Of a stretch of 64,000 nt of DNA, positions 61,601 through 64,000 are shown one piece after another. The notes under the pieces were generated by a model, which worked only from the letters and a program-made list of their open reading frames with translations, ran no database searches and was not told the DNA's origin. The translations under genes were made by a program, and so were the position numbers. Source of the stretch: Azolla caroliniana (Eukaryota > Plantae > Polypodiophyta); the NCBI GenBank assembly GCA_043228905.1, contig JBHGNT010000018.1, positions 17,856,001-17,920,000 on the forward strand. Reading direction: 5' to 3'. Every line of letters starts with the position of its first letter. The stretch's first letter is position 1.

Positions 61601-64000
61601 TCCATTTATTTCGTAATATATTTTATGATCTTTGGTATATTCTCGGCAATGTCTCTAAGGAAGTGTGGCAAGTGTGAACATTTTGATTTGGACATTGACA
61701 TTCAGTTACGAATAATTTGAGTGTGAATAACGAAGTCTTGGATGTATGGAACCTTTGAAAAGCACGATACTTGATGGATGTAATTACCATGTTAACTTCA
61801 TCAACCCACTCTTACCAAACATAGGTCAATTTGATGCATGACAACTCAAGAAGTCATTGTATGGCCTCAAGTAAGCATGGAGGGCATGGTACTTGAAGAT
61901 CATGTAGTCATGCAATACCATCTACTTTCCCATGCCGATGTCAGGCAGTTCCCTATATTACATGTGAGCCAACTCACATGGTACCACATGCATCCACTTC
62001 TATGTTGATGACCCACCATCAAGAAAGTGAAATCTCTATTTGTTGCCAAGTTCAAAATGAAGAATATGGACAACGTTCACTACTTCCTTGGAATCAAGAT
62101 CATCTACACAGCTCATGGCATCTTCTCTTAATGCTAATACATCTTGAACTTGTTCACATTCAACATGGCAGATTGTATGCCGATCACAACTAAGCTTGAT
62201 AATGACTTTAGCAAAGGCAACGGAAGCTCATTGATCAACATGATTGTACGACATTCTTGAACTAGATCGGGTTGCAACAATAACAAACTCGATCATTCAC
62301 ATTGTGTGTGACATGTGTGGGAAGACACATATTTGCATTTAAGACCACCTCCCTTGTTGTACCTGTGTCGTAAGTGCATATTTACACTAGACCATTTTTA
62401 CTGCATTGAAGTTTTCTAGTGTAGTGAACCTTTACATGTTTAAGACTGCACAATATTGTTGCTTGCAAAGGCACTACCTAGTACCTAGTATTTGTTAACA
62501 AGAAAATCCAACATTATATGTTATGAGAAGAACATGGTTTGGATTCTAGTGTTTGGTTATTAACCAAAGTTATGCTACATAAATATCATATCCAAAAACA
62601 TGTATGTAATAGATTATATACATATATAGACATATATATAATGAATATCATAGATACTTTTAGTGACACATGAAGTCAATAATTCCTAGTATATATGCTA
62701 TTTGAAAGGTAATGCATTATGTAATTTATTACCAAAGGTTTCAAACTAAGAGAAAATACTATTCAAACCTCCTTCCTCCCCCAAAAGTGGGAAAATAGAT
62801 AGAATACTTTGGTCTTTTATGAGTAGATGTTGATAAGAAAAGAAAGAGATCCCCACTCATGATGTGAAATGATGTGTTGTATGATTTGTAATGCAAAAGC
62901 AATTTGATTATGATTGTTGACTTGGATCTTGTGACTTAATAAAAAATCTCCCTAGGTGGAATATTGCATATGTGATTACTAGTGCCAAGTGGCTCCCTTT
63001 ATCCTAGTACTGAAACATGAAAGGGACATTAATGGAATCTCAACAAAATACAAGGGTAAGATATGGGATGGTCGAAATATCATTATAACCATGATCATCT
63101 TGCATATAATCCATGTTACAACAAAGCAAACACACTTAAGTAAGATAAACATTCATGTCATACTCTGGAGTTTAAAAAAAAATGTTAAACAAGCAAGACA
63201 CTAACAATGTGATAGTATACAATCAATGTTTACAAAAGAGTAGAGCTCACAACACTACTGTTCTCTTTAGCCAATGAAAATGAATTAAAAAGTATACGTG
63301 AAGATTTAACATTTTGTTTTATAGTCATCGGGTCCATTTAAGGAATCATTTGTCTAACTTGCTTTGATTACATCCATAGAATGCCCTCAATTTTTGTTTT
63401 ATGTGTCACTAATAATACCCAAATGCCATATGAATGCTAGGTATTATCATTACAAATGCAAATGTTTCATGGTGAACCTTTGGTCCAGATTTTGTTTTAC
63501 AATGGATTTTAGTGAAAAATAACTCTAATTGCTAGATATATCACTAAGATGTGTCTTGGGGTAGGGACCATGTATAGTTATCTTATCACTAGTCCAATTT
63601 GAGAAGACAACTTCGTGTCTTACATAATCTCCTATATCATTACGTCTCATCAATGTTTGAAAAAAAAACTCAAAAAAACTACATCACTGAACCATTATAG
63701 GACAACATACATGAGTGATTATCACTTCTTATAATTTTTTTTGGTTTTAGTTCAACATTTCACATTACTTTATAAGTTCAATTAGTCATGTCAAGGAATA
63801 GCTACACACTTTGATGTCACCCTTTCATCGGCCTTCCATCACTATCCAATCTTTTATACAAGCTAATATGCTCCATCTTCGATGTCTTGTGAATGTCTAA
63901 TATGCACCTTAAATGCTCTTGTCTAACGATAGCATAATCTTTCTTTGAAGAATCAATAGAATGGAAAGTTACACATCATTTACTTTGATCTACGATTCAA

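Noticed and set aside
49900-64000. Possible decayed DNA-transposase remnants (~50000-52600 and ~61000-62400)
   Set aside because: Only vague fragments by eye; a translated HMM search is needed before calling them.

Overview
AT-rich, intron-rich nuclear DNA from a land plant. Long introns, abundant (AG)n/(AC)n microsatellites and decayed transposons suggest a fern-like genome, but that is inference only. Five spliced protein-coding genes were reconstructed exon by exon: the 5' part of an ECA3-type P2A Ca2+/Mn2+-ATPase (minus, 19 exons, continuing off the window start), the Pol II CTD phosphatase SSU72 (plus, with a U12-type intron), cyclin L1 (minus), a secreted purple acid phosphatase (plus, with a GC-AG intron) and a TMO5/bHLH32-like transcription factor (minus). 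Intergenic DNA holds two solo LTRs with 5-bp TSDs, two Mutator-like MITEs of one family, several RTE-like LINE remnants sharing a 3' stem-loop, a dispersed ~200-bp repeat and many local duplications. The most unusual non-coding features are a 263-bp GC-rich fold-back upstream of SSU72 with a second, alternative pairing, and an array of TGTCNN (AuxRE-type) hexamers within a degenerate satellite upstream of the TMO5-like gene. No clearly new multi-gene system is evident from the sequence alone.
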